Shown one piece after another: positions 61,466 to 64,000 of a stretch of 64,000 nt of DNA. The position numbers were made by a program, and so were the translations under genes. The stretch is from NCBI GenBank assembly GCA_043228905.1, contig JBHGNT010000022.1, positions 11,780,001 through 11,844,000 on the forward strand, given 5' to 3'. Below the pieces are notes generated by a model that was not told the DNA's origin, made no database searches, and saw only the letters and a program-made list of their open reading frames with translations. This DNA is from Azolla caroliniana. Lineage: Eukaryota; Plantae; Polypodiophyta. Position 1 is the stretch's first letter. Each line of letters opens with the position of its first letter.

Positions 61466-62920
61466 ATGGTGATCCTCAATGGGAATAATAATCTTGCGAA
61501 TCTCGAGTCCCTGAGGCTGGGCTCCGTGATGTCACTACAAGGGTTAAATATAGGCTTTGTGAAACTGGCCTCCAAGTGGGCCCAAGATTCCCATTTCACA
61601 TTATCATCGCGCTCGATGCATACCTCCTCTCGAATCAACTCTCGGCCATGCCCACACCGAGCTACAAGCCTAAATTTGTTGCCATTGCGGTGCTCAATGG
61701 GGGCAGCCTCTGAATTGCACGCAGACCATGCCCATGTGAGTGTGGAGCACGATACTTGGACACAAGTTTCCAGTTTCACATCGCCGTGTATCAAGTTCTT
61801 GCAAACCGAATGTGACTCACGGATCCCAACTTGTGGTTCCGGTTTCATCTTGCCACCAATCCGATGCTCGTTCCCCACCAAATTGCACCCGCAATGCGAG
61901 ACTATAAGGATGGTGTGCGAGCCATGGATCCTTAACTTGGCTCGCCCCGGTTCTGAGCAGCTCATCCTCGATTGTCTCATCCCCCGCTATGTGTGCCGCC
62001 TTTTCCCGGAAGCAACCGACCTCCGAGATCTTGAAACCATCACCAATTTCATTGCTTGGTTGTTCTTGTCGGACGACATAGAAGACACTGGCCCTTTGTT
62101 ACTCGGTACCGAAGGTCATGGTCTCATGGGGTCTCATGATCATGGTCCTCCATCTACCACCAATGTTTGGGCACAATCAGTTCTTTCTAAACTCCGCTAC
62201 CCACAATCTCCTATCAATGTCGTCCTTTTCGACAATTCGAGTGACTGCCGTGCCCAGAGCTTAATCATGTTAGATGCATTGGGGGAACTATGGGGGAAGA
62301 TGTCATCTCGGCTCGTCCCACAAGCGCGGTCGCGCTTCATATCGGTCATGCAAGATCATCTTCATGCCGTCTGCCTTCAGCCCACAAGCAAACGAGCATT
62401 TTGGCAGCACGAGGAGGGAGGCGATATGAGCAAGAACGTAGAGGAATATAGGGCTATTCGCCGGCATTCCTCGGGCTTCCTTGTCGGTTTCGAGCTAGTC
62501 CTCTACGTGTTAGGCCTAGATGAGGATCCCATCCATCTCCACCCACTCGTAGAGGAGTTCCGGGACCTCGTCTTAGACTACATATGGATGTGCAACGACA
62601 TCGTGTCGTGCCACATGGAGGCTTCCCTCGGTTACAATTTCAACCTTCCGTGGGTCGTGTATGAGAGTGGTGCATTCGGGTCCTTCCAGGACTCGGTGGA
62701 AGTTGTGGTGGGTATGATGAATAGTGTGGATGCTCGGTGTGCACAAGTAGTTGATGCCATCCAACGGAATGAGGAGTTGATACGAAAGGAGCCGAAGCTC
62801 AATGCTTACTTGGCGACCATGGTGTCATGGATGTCCGGCACGCTTTGTTGGTCCTTTGAAACCTATCGTTATGGCCTCAAACACGACAATGAGCATCACA
62901 AGCATGCAATATCTTGTTGA
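61466..62920 (+). CDS. Intact microbial-type class I terpene synthase (MTPSL), 484 aa, intronless, with transit-peptide-like N-terminus
   Basis: DDxxD (DDIED), pyrophosphate-sensor Arg region (YRAIRRHSSG), NSE/DTE (NDIVSCHME), WxxxxxRY (WSFETYRY). Alpha-domain only. Ser/Arg-rich first ~78 aa ending LRCS. Confidence 0.92.
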   Translation: MVILNGNNNLANLESLRLGSVMSLQGLNIGFVKLASKWAQDSHFTLSSRSMHTSSRINSRPCPHRATSLNLLPLRCSMGAASELHADHAHVSVEHDTWTQVSSFTSPCIKFLQTECDSRIPTCGSGFILPPIRCSFPTKLHPQCETIRMVCEPWILNLARPGSEQLILDCLIPRYVCRLFPEATDLRDLETITNFIAWLFLSDDIEDTGPLLLGTEGHGLMGSHDHGPPSTTNVWAQSVLSKLRYPQSPINVVLFDNSSDCRAQSLIMLDALGELWGKMSSRLVPQARSRFISVMQDHLHAVCLQPTSKRAFWQHEEGGDMSKNVEEYRAIRRHSSGFLVGFELVLYVLGLDEDPIHLHPLVEEFRDLVLDYIWMCNDIVSCHMEASLGYNFNLPWVVYESGAFGSFQDSVEVVVGMMNSVDARCAQVVDAIQRNEELIRKEPKLNAYLATMVSWMSGTLCWSFETYRYGLKHDNEHHKHAISC

Positions 62921-63745
62921 TCTAAGAATACATCATCTTGATTTTTTTGCATGTATGTTTTTGGATTGTCGAGAACCTAGTCTCCCCAACATTGTCTACT
63001 AATTATTATTCCATTAGCTTTTTACCATCCTATTTGATAACCTAGGGTTTTGACTCTTGAGAATCTAAATTTGCATAAATGTGCGTGTGTATGGACCTAG
63101 TGAGATTGAGGTTTTTGGAGTGAGCGGTGCCTGTGTGAGATTGTGGTGTGTCCTGTGTGAGAAAAAGTTAGGTTCCACGCGCATCTCGTGAAGTGATGTA
63201 TAAATGAAGATAATAATAACAAAAAATAAAACTTAAAGTAGCCTAGTGGTCCTAGCCATTTTTGAATAATCATGAAACAATTTCTATGTAAAAAACCACC
63301 AAAATCGTGGTATCTAACCTAATTGTTGTACAAACCATCAATTTTGCAACATTTTTCCCTAACCTTGTGTGTATTCTCCTGAAGCATTTGCTAATCGTGG
63401 TGGTGAATCCCCAACTTCCTCACCCCTTGTGTCTCCCCGGTCCAAGGCCCCGACGGTCTTGTTCGAGCAACACACGCACGCGAAACTTTGCGACAACGGT
63501 GAAGAGGCCAAAATCGAAGCTACGAGGGCACTGAAACAAGCCTTTATTTCACGAAAGGAGGTCGAGTTAGAATTCCTTACCATTGAATTCTTCCTTGCTA
63601 TTAGGCAATCAAAAAGAGGCTCTAATGTTTTGGATTGGTTTTAAGTGTGATTGTGTTTCCACTCAAGTGGAAACCACAAATAAAAGGCATATAAGCAAAA
63701 GATAGGGGCTGCTAGTGTAATTTCAGCGCTACTTTTTGTTTACTT

Positions 63746-64000
63746 TTTGTGTCTGCTAGATCCATCAAATGCATGGTTTCTCAATTGGTGCCAATCCTAC
63801 GTTTGGCTCTCCTAGATCCATCAAATGCACCTTAATTATTTTATCATGCGGATAGTACATTTATCACCTACAGTTAACATATCAATTGAGGTGCAGTTTT
63901 CATCTACTACAATTAAAAGAGTTAAGTTTCAATGAAAACATGATGATGGCCAAATGCAGCACTGTACCTGCTGAAGAAGGCAAGCTTCACTATCCACTAA
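63746..64000 (+). repeat. Start of a third tandem unit (VAD1 intron sequence)
   Basis: Matches 35342-35596 (tttgtgtctgctagatccatc..cactatccactaa). Confidence 0.9.

Larger units (their letters stand above)
34809..63745. repeat. Tandem segmental duplication, unit B (~28.9 kb)
   Basis: Same gene and TE order as unit A. Lacks copia-1 and the 12912 MITE, and has deletions in copia-2 and the gypsy RNase H. Confidence 0.97.

Noticed and set aside
61466-62920. MTPSL as bacterial or fungal contamination
   Set aside because: It is embedded among plant LTR elements, LINEs, MITEs and a spliced plant gene, with local paralogs sharing flanks.
1-64000. Multi-enzyme biosynthetic gene cluster
   Set aside because: No P450, prenyltransferase or other tailoring gene is visible in the window; it is a single-family array.

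Overview
Eukaryotic, AT-rich, transposon-dense plant DNA. The intronless microbial-type terpene synthase (MTPSL) genes and TTTAGGG repeats suggest a non-seed land plant such as a fern (inference). The window is a tandem segmental array: unit A (<1-34808), unit B (~34809-63745) and the start of unit C (63746->64000). Each unit carries the 3' part of a VAD1-like (VASt + TM) gene and four MTPSL loci: a short minus-strand copy lacking the N-terminal extension, a degenerate 5' stub, an internally deleted remnant, and a long plus-strand copy with a transit-peptide-like N-terminus. Only one of the eight MTPSL loci (61466-62920, 484 aa) is intact. Each unit also holds a decayed Ty1/copia, a 5'-truncated Ty3/gypsy with a -1 frameshift signal, a solo LTR, two 5'-truncated LINEs and hAT-type MITEs. 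Unit A alone has a young intact copia and an extra MITE. Unit B alone has a deletion filled with telomere repeats. A-versus-B divergence jumps abruptly near 12.6 kb. No rRNA, intact tRNA or CRISPR array was seen. Coordinates were read by eye and may be off by a few bases.
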